From NCBI RefSeq assembly GCF_000013905.1, contig NC_007969.1, positions 630,001-662,000 of the forward strand: 32,000 nt of DNA. Reading direction: 5' to 3'. The notes under the pieces were generated by a model. The model saw only the letters and a program-made list of their open reading frames with translations. It did no database searches and had not been told where the DNA came from. A program made the translations under genes and the position numbers. Positions 1 to 11,733 of the stretch are shown here, piece after piece. How positions within the stretch are numbered: position 1 is the stretch's first letter; each line of letters begins with the position of its first letter. The stretch comes from Psychrobacter cryohalolentis K5 (GTDB taxonomy: Bacteria; Pseudomonadota; Gammaproteobacteria; Pseudomonadales; Moraxellaceae).

Positions 1-47
1 ATCAAACGGCAAAAATACGCCATTCTTTAACCAAACACTGCAAGGGC

Positions 48-629
48 GTGTTGTGGAGACTTTCTTTGGCTAATTTGCCTAGGCAGGATGATAGTCTAGA
101 GTCTTCGTCAGAGGGCAATTCATCAAAAGATAACCATCCGTCTTCAGACCCAAGACACAATGAGCCTCGCACGACGTCAAGCGAATCTATCAAAGCAGTA
201 GCAATCTATGAAGTCGTAAAGGGTATTGGCGCACTACTAGGTGCATTGGCTTTATGGTCGTGGCATACCGACCTTGAGCATTGGCTCATTACGGCGACGG
301 CTTCTTGGCAACAAGTATTTGGTCAGTTATTAGCGCCGCAAGTTGACAGTGCGGTACGTATTGCACAGATGGCAAGCAAAAACTGGTCGGTATTCTTATT
401 ATTGATTTTTGCTTATGCCAGTTTGCGTTTTGTCGAGGCATATGGCTTATGGCAAGATAAAACATGGGCTTACTGGTTTGGGGTACTGGGTTATGGAATA
501 TTTATTCCTATTGAACTCTACTATCTGATTGTGAGTCCGTTTGATTGGTTCAAACTTACCATATTGGTGTCGAATATTATTATTGTGATTGTGGTTTATC
601 GTAATATGAAACGAAAGGGTTTAATCTAA
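48..629 (+). CDS. DUF2127-like inner-membrane protein (start uncertain)
   Basis: The C-terminal ~150 aa (from SIKAVAIYEVVKGIGALL) shows four hydrophobic helices and the ...LWQDKTWAYWF... segment I associate with DUF2127 proteins. The N-terminal ~45 aa is Ser/Asp/Pro-rich low complexity. The frame has no stop codon back to window position 3. The real start may therefore be GTG48, a nearby TTG, or upstream of the window. Confidence 0.6.
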   Translation: MLWRLSLANLPRQDDSLESSSEGNSSKDNHPSSDPRHNEPRTTSSESIKAVAIYEVVKGIGALLGALALWSWHTDLEHWLITATASWQQVFGQLLAPQVDSAVRIAQMASKNWSVFLLLIFAYASLRFVEAYGLWQDKTWAYWFGVLGYGIFIPIELYYLIVSPFDWFKLTILVSNIIIVIVVYRNMKRKGLI

Positions 630-659
630 TCAGGTTTCCTTAATTTCAAATGACAATTT

Positions 660-700
660 AAAAAGCCAGCTTAAGATATTTATCTTAAACTGGCTTTTTT
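660..700. terminator. Bidirectional rho-independent terminator between convergent genes
   Basis: AGCCAGCTTAAGATA (664-678) pairs with TATCTTAAACTGGCT (681-695), a 15-bp stem with one mismatch. An A-run precedes it and TTTTTT follows (695-700). Confidence 0.65.
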
Positions 701-721
701 ATAAATAACGTAATCTAAGAT

Positions 722-1996
722 TTATATATTGGCTGTTTTTTCATCAGTACGAATGCTTTTGGCGACCTTGCCTACACTTAACCCTTGTACCAGTATAGAG
801 AATATAACGACTGCATAAGTTAGGGCCAATAGTATATCGCGTTCAGATCCTGTTGGGAGTTGCAATACTAAAGCAACTGAAATACCACCTCGTAGTCCAC
901 CCCATGTTAGCACCTTCCAAGCCCCTGCTGGCAAGTCAAGTTGTCGATGAAAGGTTTTGGTGGTCATGCCGACCACAATAAATCGAGCAAGTAAGGCAAT
1001 CACAATCGTTAAAGCGCCAGCGATAAATAAATTGGCTGAATAAGCAATCATCACCACTTCAAGACCGATTAATACAAATAAAATTGCGTTCAAAATCTCA
1101 TCGATCAATTCCCAAAACAAATCAACATAATGGCGCGTCTTATCACTCATCGCTAGTGCTCGTCCGCGATTACCAAGCATCAGCCCCATCATTACCATTG
1201 CTAGTGGTCCCGATAAATGCCAATGACTGGCCAGCGCATAGCCGCCTATGACACCAGCAAGGGTCAATAGAACCTCTTCTTGATAGCTATCGATGCTTTT
1301 GAGCATGTAATATAAAATCGCGCCAAGTACTAAGCCAAAAATAATACCGCCACCAGCCTCGACTGCCAAGGTGTGCACCACATAATTGGCGGTTGGGATA
1401 TCACCACTCGATAAAATACCGAGCAGCAGTACAAAGATGACGACGCCGATACCATCGTTAAATAGCGATTCGCCCGCGATGACCGTTTCTATGCTTTTTG
1501 GGGCGCCAGCAGAGTCTAAAATACCCATCACTGCAATAGGGTCGGTTGGAGATATCAAAGCGCCAAATAGTAAGCACCATAAAAAAGACAGCTCGAAACC
1601 AAACAGCGGCAACATTAGATATAGAGCACCTGCAATCAGCAGTGCTGATACTAAAGTACCTATGAAAGCTAGAATGCCAATAGGCAGCTTATAACGTTTT
1701 AGATCACCAATATTGACGTGCAAAGCGGCAGCAAATAACAGCATAGACAGCATGCCATCAAGTAAGACTTCAGTGAAATCAAGCTGGCCTAATAGACTGA
1801 CTTCATAATCAATAAGCTGATCAAACCCTAAAAATCCTAAAAATATCGCCCCGATCGACAATAATATCGAGATAACCATTACACCGATAGTTGTTGGTAG
1901 GCCAATAAATCGATGGTTAACGTAAGTTAATAGGGCAGTGATAGATAAAAATATCGCGCTAATTTCGAGTATGGTCAGGCTGCTCGTAGGGTCCAT
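722..1996 (-). CDS. Cation:proton antiporter, CPA1 family (NhaP-type Na+/H+ exchanger)
   Basis: 424-aa polytopic membrane protein. It carries the conserved SPTDP / ESLFNDG segments (ALISPTDPIAV, AGESLFNDGIGVV) typical of Na+/H+ exchanger family proteins. ATG start. Confidence 0.85.
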   Translation of the reverse strand: MDPTSSLTILEISAIFLSITALLTYVNHRFIGLPTTIGVMVISILLSIGAIFLGFLGFDQLIDYEVSLLGQLDFTEVLLDGMLSMLLFAAALHVNIGDLKRYKLPIGILAFIGTLVSALLIAGALYLMLPLFGFELSFLWCLLFGALISPTDPIAVMGILDSAGAPKSIETVIAGESLFNDGIGVVIFVLLLGILSSGDIPTANYVVHTLAVEAGGGIIFGLVLGAILYYMLKSIDSYQEEVLLTLAGVIGGYALASHWHLSGPLAMVMMGLMLGNRGRALAMSDKTRHYVDLFWELIDEILNAILFVLIGLEVVMIAYSANLFIAGALTIVIALLARFIVVGMTTKTFHRQLDLPAGAWKVLTWGGLRGGISVALVLQLPTGSERDILLALTYAVVIFSILVQGLSVGKVAKSIRTDEKTANI

Positions 1997-2030
1997 AAAA
2001 AAGTCTCAAGTGGGTAATAAAAGGTGTCAA

Positions 2031-3668
2031 CTATGCTCTGACTTGTTTCGATTGGGCTTGTAGTGCCTGACGAATATGGGCATCAAAATCACTAACATAA
2101 TGAAAATAGTGTTGCTGGGCGTTTTCACTCATAATAAATTTCTCTGCTTGTTGGCACATTGCGGTCAAATCATCAGCGAGTTGATGGTAATTTAAATTAT
2201 CCGCGCCGGCACGCTCAATCAATTTTATCTCATGTATGAGAGTTTGCTGCTGCGCCTCATTAACCCTAGCATAATTCAAGTCAATCATTGCCTGACATAG
2301 CGCCTTTAATACCATCAAATCTGCTGCCGCATAACGCCGTATCTCACCAAGTGAGCTATCAATAAAATCTGATATTTTAGGGATACGTGTAACAACGGCA
2401 AGGATGGCTGACGGCTGATGGCTGATAGTATCTGGTGTATCTGTCTCATCTAACGGTTTATAAAAATGATACGGCGTCGGCGGTTGACAGCGCATCATAA
2501 TGCTCAGACAGCTGGTCAGCGATTGAACACAGTTAACCGCTGTTTTTGGGTCATTGATACCTGGTGACAATGCGCGGACAGCAATTTCAGTCATTTGCCC
2601 TAAGCTATAGGCAATATCATTAGATTGCGTCAAGCGCTGTTCAAGACGTATACAACCAGCAAAACGTTGCCAAAACAGCCCATCAGGCGAACGTGGCACA
2701 AGCGCCAAATGCGGCGTTTTTGTTTTTTGTAGGTTAGTTGGATGGTCTGCCGGACGCTGATAAAAATAGCCAATCACATTTTTATCGGTGACAAAGTGAC
2801 CGAGACTGCTATTTATTTCTACCACGCCGCCATAATCTTGCGATAGGGTAATGAGCGATTCAAAATAAATCTGCTGCAAATAGCCCGAGTACGGTGGATA
2901 AATAGGCGTCGCAGACCAGTGATGAAATTGTTCGATATCATGATGCTCGATATTACGTTGGTGCTCGATATCGCAGCGGTCGCTGTACCAATAATGAATG
3001 TTTTTAATTGCCTCATTGCTGGCACCTTCAATCACATGCGATGCCTGAATGGCATGTACCATATGCTGTACAAAATAGACCAGTAGAAGGGCACAAATAA
3101 TCGCCATAATAATGGCAAAAGTCACCGACAATTGCGGCACACCAAAACCAACATCGTATTTATGAATGGCTTTTAACACCAGCAAACTATAGCTAAACGT
3201 ACCGATGAACGCGCCCAAAACGAACTGATTGGGCGTATCGGTCAAAAAATTGCGTAGTAATCGGGGTCCAAATTGTGAAGATGCCATCGATAATACAGCA
3301 ATGGTAATCGAGAAAGTCGTGCCTGCCACGCCAAGTACTGCACCAGCAATGGTAGTCATAATAGCGCGCGCTGCGTCATCATCGCCAGTGAAGGCAAAGG
3401 TAATTTCTCTGACCATGTCGCGATCAAAATGCTCATCGATCGTCACAAGGATAGGAGCGAGCAAGATGCCTACCAGCACACAGGCAGTCGGTATAAACCA
3501 GTAAGAGCCAATCAGCTGTTGCCATAAATTCGTTAGGCGATCGGGTAAATTGGTAAGCGTTTTTAGCGACCATAACTGAAAAAACTGCCGCAGTCTTTTG
3601 AGACTTGACGTTGATAGACGGTTAAATAAGTTGTCTTCAGCATGTTTAGTCAACGTGAGCAGCTCCAA
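2031..3668 (-). CDS. DUF2254-like membrane protein
   Basis: 545 aa with four N-terminal TM helices (WFIPTACVLVGILL..., TIAGAVLGVAGTTFSITIAVL...) followed by a large soluble domain. This layout and sequence are reminiscent of DUF2254. It starts at TTG 3668 (another TTG lies 5 codons downstream) and ends 34 nt upstream of the antiporter, so it is probably co-transcribed with it. Confidence 0.6.
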   Translation of the reverse strand: MELLTLTKHAEDNLFNRLSTSSLKRLRQFFQLWSLKTLTNLPDRLTNLWQQLIGSYWFIPTACVLVGILLAPILVTIDEHFDRDMVREITFAFTGDDDAARAIMTTIAGAVLGVAGTTFSITIAVLSMASSQFGPRLLRNFLTDTPNQFVLGAFIGTFSYSLLVLKAIHKYDVGFGVPQLSVTFAIIMAIICALLLVYFVQHMVHAIQASHVIEGASNEAIKNIHYWYSDRCDIEHQRNIEHHDIEQFHHWSATPIYPPYSGYLQQIYFESLITLSQDYGGVVEINSSLGHFVTDKNVIGYFYQRPADHPTNLQKTKTPHLALVPRSPDGLFWQRFAGCIRLEQRLTQSNDIAYSLGQMTEIAVRALSPGINDPKTAVNCVQSLTSCLSIMMRCQPPTPYHFYKPLDETDTPDTISHQPSAILAVVTRIPKISDFIDSSLGEIRRYAAADLMVLKALCQAMIDLNYARVNEAQQQTLIHEIKLIERAGADNLNYHQLADDLTAMCQQAEKFIMSENAQQHYFHYVSDFDAHIRQALQAQSKQVRA

Positions 3669-3843
3669 AAATGATCGTAGTATTTCTTTTGTTGCCAGCA
3701 GTTATATAGAACATGACTGCTGACAACAAAAGCTCTTAAAAACAAATTACCTGATTCACTGCAAATAATCCATTAAAAACAGGATAAAAAATAAGCTCCA
3801 TTTGGAACTTGTTTTTTATAGAGAGGTCTTGTTATTTAAACAC

Positions 3844-5421
3844 TCAAATCGATCTTGGGTTATCGGCTTCAGTAATAATATCGCGTTTAGCATTAGAAAA
3901 ATTAGCGTTTATTTGATTTTTATCGTCAATGCTGTCTTGTGGAATAAGAATTTCACGATTGTGCTCGTCACGCTCTATGTCGCTATCCTTATCATAAGCG
4001 ACTGGTTCAAACTTCGGCATGTCATCCTTACTATCTAGAGGCTCTTGTAATAAATGACTGGAGGTAGCCGCGCTAGATTTCCTAAAAAACTCATTTTTCT
4101 CTTTTTGAAGCTTTTCGTTTTTATGGTTAGTCGATTTGTCATCAGAGGTTTTCTTACGTGGTTCACTATGGGCAAAAATAGCACCGAGCGGCACATTCAA
4201 TTGTGCTTTGGCATAGGCTTCGGTATTTTCAAAGCGATTAACCAATAAGCTAAGCCAAGGTTTTTGGTCTTCTAGGCTCATCTCATCAAGTTCATCTTTG
4301 ATAGGCAATGGATAAGGCAGGGTACGATAAAAATCCCACAAGGTCATTTTGCTCAAATCTCTTTTGAGTACATAGTGCTCATCTTCTGTCATGGTAATCA
4401 AGTTGCTGTCTTGCAGATAATTGATATAGGTATACCATTTTGGCAGCTCTTTACGTCCGAGGACATTGCGTAGCGCTTGTTCGCTCACCGCTTCGCCTTT
4501 TAAGTGATGGGTATAAACAAGATTTAACATATCAAGCAAGCTTAAAAATGGATGGCGCGGATAAACCTCTTTTGTCTCAAATATCGTTAGGGTATAGCTG
4601 ATCTCAACCCCTAATAAAATCAAATTCCATGACAGATATATCCATAATAAGAAAATCGGCAACGCAGCAAATGCGCCATAGATCGCTTCATAGCTCGTAA
4701 AGTTCGCCATCACTGTACCAAATAGATGCTTCATCAGCTCAAAGACAATCGCTACAAAGACACCTGCAATCGCAGCATTTTTTGCTGGTACTCGTGCTTT
4801 TGGAATAAACCAATACATACTGATAAAACCAGCGATCGTAACTGCAATCGATACTATCTGTACCCAAAACGACCAATCAATACCATAGCCGCCAATTTGT
4901 CTATTTAACAAACTCAGGCTTTGGACAGCACTTGAGGCGATGAATGCCGTACCTAATACTAAGGGTCCCAACGTGACGATGGTCCAATAGCGCAACATAC
5001 TTCTCATGCCGCCAGAACGATCTTCTACGCGCCATATTTGGTTGAAAGCGCGCTCAATGGTGGTCAAAGTCATGATGGTAGTAAAAAGTAAGAACATCGC
5101 CCCAATGATGGTGAGGTTTGATGATTTTTCAGCGAAGTTATTGATATATTTACTGACTTGCAAGCTCGATTGTGGCAGCAAGTTGCTATAAATGACTTCA
5201 TAAATCTGCGCCCTAACTGAAGCAAGTGCTGGTACTGAAGACAAAATCATCAGCAGTACGGTTAATATAGGCACAATCGACAACAAAGTCGTATAGGTTA
5301 ATGATGCAGCTTTTTGCTGACAATTATCCTCAAAAAAGTGCCGCGTCAAAAAACGCAAGAACTGAAACCAACGTTGGTGTAAAAAAGGTATTTTTTTTAA
5401 TAGATTTTCCATAACGACCAT
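3844..5421 (-). CDS. yihY: YihY/BrkB-family inner-membrane protein with a long C-terminal extension
   Basis: The N-terminal ~285 aa match the YihY signature as I recall it (KAASLTYTTLLSIVPILTVL, ERAFNQIW, YGAFAALPIFLLWIYLSWNLILLG). The C-terminal ~235 aa are soluble and end in an acidic, Lys-rich low-complexity tail. Confidence 0.75.
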   Translation of the reverse strand: MVVMENLLKKIPFLHQRWFQFLRFLTRHFFEDNCQQKAASLTYTTLLSIVPILTVLLMILSSVPALASVRAQIYEVIYSNLLPQSSLQVSKYINNFAEKSSNLTIIGAMFLLFTTIMTLTTIERAFNQIWRVEDRSGGMRSMLRYWTIVTLGPLVLGTAFIASSAVQSLSLLNRQIGGYGIDWSFWVQIVSIAVTIAGFISMYWFIPKARVPAKNAAIAGVFVAIVFELMKHLFGTVMANFTSYEAIYGAFAALPIFLLWIYLSWNLILLGVEISYTLTIFETKEVYPRHPFLSLLDMLNLVYTHHLKGEAVSEQALRNVLGRKELPKWYTYINYLQDSNLITMTEDEHYVLKRDLSKMTLWDFYRTLPYPLPIKDELDEMSLEDQKPWLSLLVNRFENTEAYAKAQLNVPLGAIFAHSEPRKKTSDDKSTNHKNEKLQKEKNEFFRKSSAATSSHLLQEPLDSKDDMPKFEPVAYDKDSDIERDEHNREILIPQDSIDDKNQINANFSNAKRDIITEADNPRSI

Positions 5422-5640
5422 CTAGCAAGGATAATAGAGTGCGGATAGTGTAGCAAACATGGTCTGTCTGAATCTGCGCGTTAATTGTGTCAATATGCAC
5501 TAGATTGTATTGAGTAGTTAAGTAAAGTACTGCAGATGATTTGCTTGGCTGCTAGGTTAAGTATGCTGCCAAGTAGCAGGGTTTGTTTGCATGTCAGTGA
5601 ATGACTCGGGCATAATGGTCAGTATCTATATTACTGTTAA

Positions 5641-6282
<642 letters not shown>

Positions 6283-6334
6283 TGCACTCATCTATTACTG
6301 TTTGGCATGAACAATTAGGAAATACATACCTCTA

Positions 6335-6817
6335 ATGGCTACTAACCTTTCTCATAATGACAGTCAACAGCAAATATCCGAAACAAACAGTCAATCAACC
6401 CAGCTGTTAAAACCGATTATGCCTGTTCGTCAGCGCCTGATGGTGACATGGCTGGTTTGGCTAACCTTTCGATTGCTTGCTTTGCCTCTTTTGATCAATA
6501 TCTTTAATCCTAGTCACCCTGATATTATCGGCGGTATTGCATGGCAAGCGCTATGGTTAGTACCAGCATTTGTCTTAACACCATCGATACTACGCGGGCG
6601 CTCGCCTTATGCGCTATTAATAGACAGTATGTTTACTTTGGTATATTTAGGGGCAAGTGGGGTTGTATTGTTCACACGTGCTTATGGCAGTAGTTGGGCA
6701 GAAATCGCTGTTTATTTCATTGATTTCGTCCTGCTATTTGCGATTAATATCTGGCTGTTTATCTTATTAAAGCGCCTACCTTCGATGAATAATGTGGTTA
6801 AACAGCCACGCTCATAA
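6335..6817 (+). CDS. DUF2069-like membrane protein
   Basis: 160 aa with four predicted TM helices, lying immediately downstream of wrbA. I recall this pairing as common for DUF2069 genes in gammaproteobacteria. The family call rests on context and topology, not on a search. Confidence 0.55.
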   Translation: MATNLSHNDSQQQISETNSQSTQLLKPIMPVRQRLMVTWLVWLTFRLLALPLLINIFNPSHPDIIGGIAWQALWLVPAFVLTPSILRGRSPYALLIDSMFTLVYLGASGVVLFTRAYGSSWAEIAVYFIDFVLLFAINIWLFILLKRLPSMNNVVKQPRS

Positions 6818-6875
6818 GTCATTGATATCTATTACAATGCTATTCCTCTGTAGTGCTTAATAAAAAATTTACATT

Positions 6876-6911
6876 AAAAAAGCGGCACGCTATTTAGCAG
6901 GCCGCTTTTTT
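6876..6911. terminator. Bidirectional rho-independent terminator
   Basis: AAAAAAGCGGC...GCCGCTTTTTT: the GC stem AGCGGC (6881-6886) pairs with GCCGCT (6901-6906). An A-run and a T-run flank it, and it lies between convergent genes. Confidence 0.6.
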
Positions 6912-6939
6912 AATGTTTTAAACTGTAGAGTTGAGGCTA

Positions 6940-7710
6940 TTAGTTCACTTTAGACAATTCTAAATCCATCTTCTTACCATCATTAATCTGGCTTACTTTT
7001 ACCGGTAAGTAATCTAAGCTTGGTGCCAACCAAAAACTGGTCGAACGGCTATTGTCATCATGGATACGGTCGACACGCACCGTATCAAAGGTACCAGCAG
7101 GGACCGTTATCTTGGTATTACCAGATTTTTTAAACGGCGTTTTTTCAATTTTATCGTGTTTTGCCATGTAGTAATTGCCAGAGAATTTGCCATTTAATAA
7201 GTCTTGGCGAATTTGCACTTCAAGGCTCAAATCATCAAATGCTTGCTGCGCCATATTTAACGTGGTCGACTTGCCTCTATAATTACTCACGACTTTTTTA
7301 CCACGGGGATTAAAATCGAGTTTATGCGTACGACCGATACCCAGTAGTTTATAAGTGGTACTGGCTTGGGTTGGAATAACCGCATTACCGTTAATAGTAA
7401 AAGTACTATGTTGCGCAGCACTTGCGATACCGGCAACCCGTGCATCGACATTATATTTCCACGTGTTGCCTGACTTATCTAAAGCACGAGTGGCGGTACC
7501 TTTATACTTGTCTTCAATCGTAAACGTATAATCGGCGCTCGACGGTTGAATATCTTTTGCACTGGCCATCGTTGGTGCAGCCATACTCAAAGCGCCGATA
7601 GCCGCTATGCTCGCTCCAGTGGTCAACGCAGTTAAGAATTTAACCTTACCGTTATTCTTGTCATTATAATCGGTTATGGATGGTTTTTTATTGGTAAATG
7701 AAAAACTCAT
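6940..7710 (-). CDS. DUF3108-like secreted/outer-membrane protein
   Basis: 256 aa with a signal peptide (LTALTTGASIAAIGALSMAAPTMASA) and beta-rich sequence. The C-terminal FWLAPSLDYLPVKV motif resembles DUF3108 family members as I recall them. Confidence 0.55.
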   Translation of the reverse strand: MSFSFTNKKPSITDYNDKNNGKVKFLTALTTGASIAAIGALSMAAPTMASAKDIQPSSADYTFTIEDKYKGTATRALDKSGNTWKYNVDARVAGIASAAQHSTFTINGNAVIPTQASTTYKLLGIGRTHKLDFNPRGKKVVSNYRGKSTTLNMAQQAFDDLSLEVQIRQDLLNGKFSGNYYMAKHDKIEKTPFKKSGNTKITVPAGTFDTVRVDRIHDDNSRSTSFWLAPSLDYLPVKVSQINDGKKMDLELSKVN

Positions 7711-8063
7711 GAACAGTCCTTAATAGATTGGTATCAAATAACTTATTTAAGTCGATTCGACCTTACTGTTAACTAATATTATATTTTCAATGCTTATAAT
7801 GGTCATACTCTGTTACATTATCAAGAGGGAGAACTTACGCTGACGTTTGGCTCTTGTAGTTGATGTTACTATCTTAAGTAATGCTTGACCTATGAGTAAC
7901 TTGCTGTAAATTTAGTAAGAATAGGCGTATAGAATACTGGTCTTTTCTACTGGATTATTACTCACTTAATGCCTTTATTGCATAATACTCCCAGAGATTC
8001 AGTATCGCTTATCGACAAACACCTCTCTAATTAAGAAATTCTTGTAAATTTTTGGTCTTTACA

Positions 8064-8092
8064 CTTGAAGCTACCTCGCTATGCCCCCACTT
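8064..8092 (+). promoter_or_regulatory. Sigma-32 (heat-shock) type promoter for groES-groEL
   Basis: CTTGAAG (8064-8070) and CCCCACTT (8085-8092) are separated by ~14-15 nt. This matches the E. coli RpoH consensus CTTGAAA-N13-15-CCCCATnT. It lies ~130 nt upstream of groES. Confidence 0.6.
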
Positions 8093-8219
8093 TTTGAAAC
8101 AAGCTCAAGGCTTATCTTAATAAAAGCGTTTTTATAAGATGGCTTTTGAAGATAGGATGTTGAGACTAACAAACCAAATAAATTTTTAACTTAAACAACC
8201 AATTATTGGAGACATATTG

Positions 8220-8510
8220 ATGAATATTCGTCCTTTACATGATCGTATTGTTGTCCGCCGCATAGAAGAAGAAACAAAAACGGCTGGTGGTATCTTGCTT
8301 CCTGGGTCAGCGCAAGAAAAGCCTTCACAAGGTGAAGTGCTAGCAACTGGTAACGGTCAGATTCGTGACAACGGTGAAACTCGTGCGTTAGATGTAAAAG
8401 CTGGCGACAAAGTATTGTTCGGTCAATATGCTGGTCAAACGGTGAAAGTTGACGGCGAAGAACTACTTATCATGAAAGAATCTGATGTATTGGGTGTGTT
8501 AGAAGGCTAG
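8220..8510 (+). CDS. groES: Co-chaperonin GroES
   Basis: [14 protein letters not shown]...ILLP...GEVLATGNG is the canonical Cpn10 sequence. ATG 8220 lies 7 nt after GGAGA (8208-8212). The ORF-track start at 8217 is a TTG one codon upstream. Confidence 0.97.
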
Positions 8511-8598
8511 TCCTTTTTGAGTATTTTTATACTCAGCGCATTTTGACAATATCATTGAAACATTTAATTGCATTCTCATACTTATAATAGTGGAGTAA

Positions 8599-10254
<1,656 letters not shown>

Positions 10255-10258
10255 TTTT

Positions 10259-10358
10259 ACTTCTACTACAAAGCGATTTCTCTTTGTCAGACGTGCTCAA
10301 TGTACAATAGGTACTATTTTCGCGCGTCTTCCTCGACAAATCGATTTTTGCTAGAAGT
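10259..10358 (+). repeat. Long imperfect inverted repeat in the groEL 3' UTR
   Basis: The arms 10259-10293 and 10325-10358 pair at roughly 27 of 35 positions by hand alignment (ACTTCTA...CGATTT...AGACG with CGTCT...AAATCG...TAGAAGT). It sits between the groEL stop codon and the real terminator. Confidence 0.5.
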
Positions 10359-10398
10359 ATGACTTTGTCATAACGTACTTGTTAAACCTAGTTCAAAT

Positions 10399-10433
10399 AA
10401 AACCCCGGTAGGCTGAGCTTATCGGGGTTTTTT
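10399..10433. terminator. Bidirectional rho-independent terminator (groEL / yaaA convergent)
   Basis: CCCCGGTA (10403-10410) pairs with TATCGGGG (10420-10427) around a 9-nt loop. AAAA precedes it and TTTTTT follows (10428-10433). Confidence 0.75.
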
Positions 10434-10458
10434 ATGTGTATCATAAAAGCATTAAATA

Positions 10459-11259
10459 TTACTGATTCACTTCATCCCGTCTAAACGTCCACGTCTTATC
10501 ATCAGAAGCGGTTTCACAGTAATAATATCCCGCTAAATCAAATTGCTTTAGCTGTTCAGCATTGGTCAGTTTATTATCCGCAGCATATTTCACCATCAGT
10601 CCACGTGCTTTTTTAGCATAGAAGCTAATCACTTTATATTGCCCATTCTTTTCATCTTCAAATCTTGGCGTGATAATTTCCGCATTCAAGGCTTTTTTCT
10701 TTACCGCTTTAAAGTATTCATTAGAAGCTAAGTTGATCAATACTTTGTCATCGCTATCAGCCATGCGCTTATTAATAATCTTAGTGACTTCTTCGCCCCA
10801 AAACTCGTATAAATTATCGCCACGCTCATTTTTAAGCTTGGTACCCATTTCAAGTCGATACGGCTGAATAAAATCCAGTGGCTTTAGTACGCCATAAAGC
10901 CCGGACAAGATACCCAAATGTTCATTAACATAAATAGCAGTATCTTTATCCATGTTATACATATCAAGTCCAGTATAAACATCGCCATCGAACAAATAAC
11001 CAGCTGGTTTGGCATTGTCATCCGTAAACAGTTCGTTATCACTCCAAGCCCAATCTTGATTGCGTTTAGCATTTAGCTGCGACAAATCATCAGAGATACT
11101 CATCAGCTCTTGTAAGTCAATCGGCTCCTTCGACTTCAATATCTTCATCAGTGCCTGTGAATGTTCGATTAACTCAGGCTGACTATAGTAGCTGCTAATA
11201 TCCATTGGGGCAGTATCTGTTTCGTTCAAAGATTTGGCAGGAGAGAGTAAAAAATACAT
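10459..11259 (-). CDS. yaaA: Peroxide stress protein YaaA (UPF0246/DUF328)
   Basis: The MYFLLSPAKSLN... N-terminus and overall length match the YaaA family. Confidence 0.85.
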   Translation of the reverse strand: MYFLLSPAKSLNETDTAPMDISSYYSQPELIEHSQALMKILKSKEPIDLQELMSISDDLSQLNAKRNQDWAWSDNELFTDDNAKPAGYLFDGDVYTGLDMYNMDKDTAIYVNEHLGILSGLYGVLKPLDFIQPYRLEMGTKLKNERGDNLYEFWGEEVTKIINKRMADSDDKVLINLASNEYFKAVKKKALNAEIITPRFEDEKNGQYKVISFYAKKARGLMVKYAADNKLTNAEQLKQFDLAGYYYCETASDDKTWTFRRDEVNQ

Positions 11260-11622
11260 AATTATTCCTTATTATAGTGAAGTGATAGACACTCCATTAA
11301 CGTTTCAAGCTTTTTCATTATACGATACCTACAGGTTTAACTTGACTTACGCGTGGCTGTTTTGTACTTTTAAGCCTCATCATGGACATATATCAACTAT
11401 TATAGGCATTGTGATAACTCGTGTAAGCCAATAGCCTAAAGGCTTCAAGCTACTTAAGAATAAATAAAATTTTTTAATATAACAACAAAAGTTATGATAA
11501 TGTTATAAATAGCTAACTTTTATTTTACTTGCGGGTCATCATTAGACAATGAAAGTTGGCAGACGATATATCTATAATAAAACGGCATGATGGCAAACGA
11601 GCTATCATTTATTAAATTGATA

Positions 11623-11668
11623 ATCTTTGGTTTTAAGTATTAAGCTAACCCTGACCAAAGATTTTTTT
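11623..11668 (+). terminator. Terminator-like hairpin in the pntAA leader (attenuator or sRNA end?)
   Basis: A perfect 9-bp stem, ATCTTTGGT (11623-11631) with ACCAAAGAT (11654-11662), encloses a 22-nt loop. It runs straight into T7 (11662-11668). It lies 66 nt upstream of the pntAA ATG, and no + strand gene lies upstream. Confidence 0.4.
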
Positions 11669-11733
11669 GTCCCCTGTGCTTTTTAGAGGTGCGTTAGGGT
11701 ATTAAAAGTAGTCATTAGACGTAAGGAGACGGT

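Noticed and set aside
2-193. 63-aa minus-strand ORF at the left edge
   Set aside because: It overlaps the N-terminal low-complexity part of the + strand DUF2127-like ORF and has no recognisable features. I cannot resolve it without upstream sequence.
8518-8535. Hairpin TGAGTAT-tttt-ATACTCA in the 94-nt groES-groEL spacer
   Set aside because: It has a short AT-only stem with no adjacent T-run. It is unlikely to terminate, and groES-groEL are normally co-transcribed.
11234-11434. 66-aa ORF in the yaaA-pntAA intergenic region
   Set aside because: It overlaps the yaaA start codon region, lacks an SD, and is AT-rich with an implausible sequence. It is more likely promoter/leader DNA.
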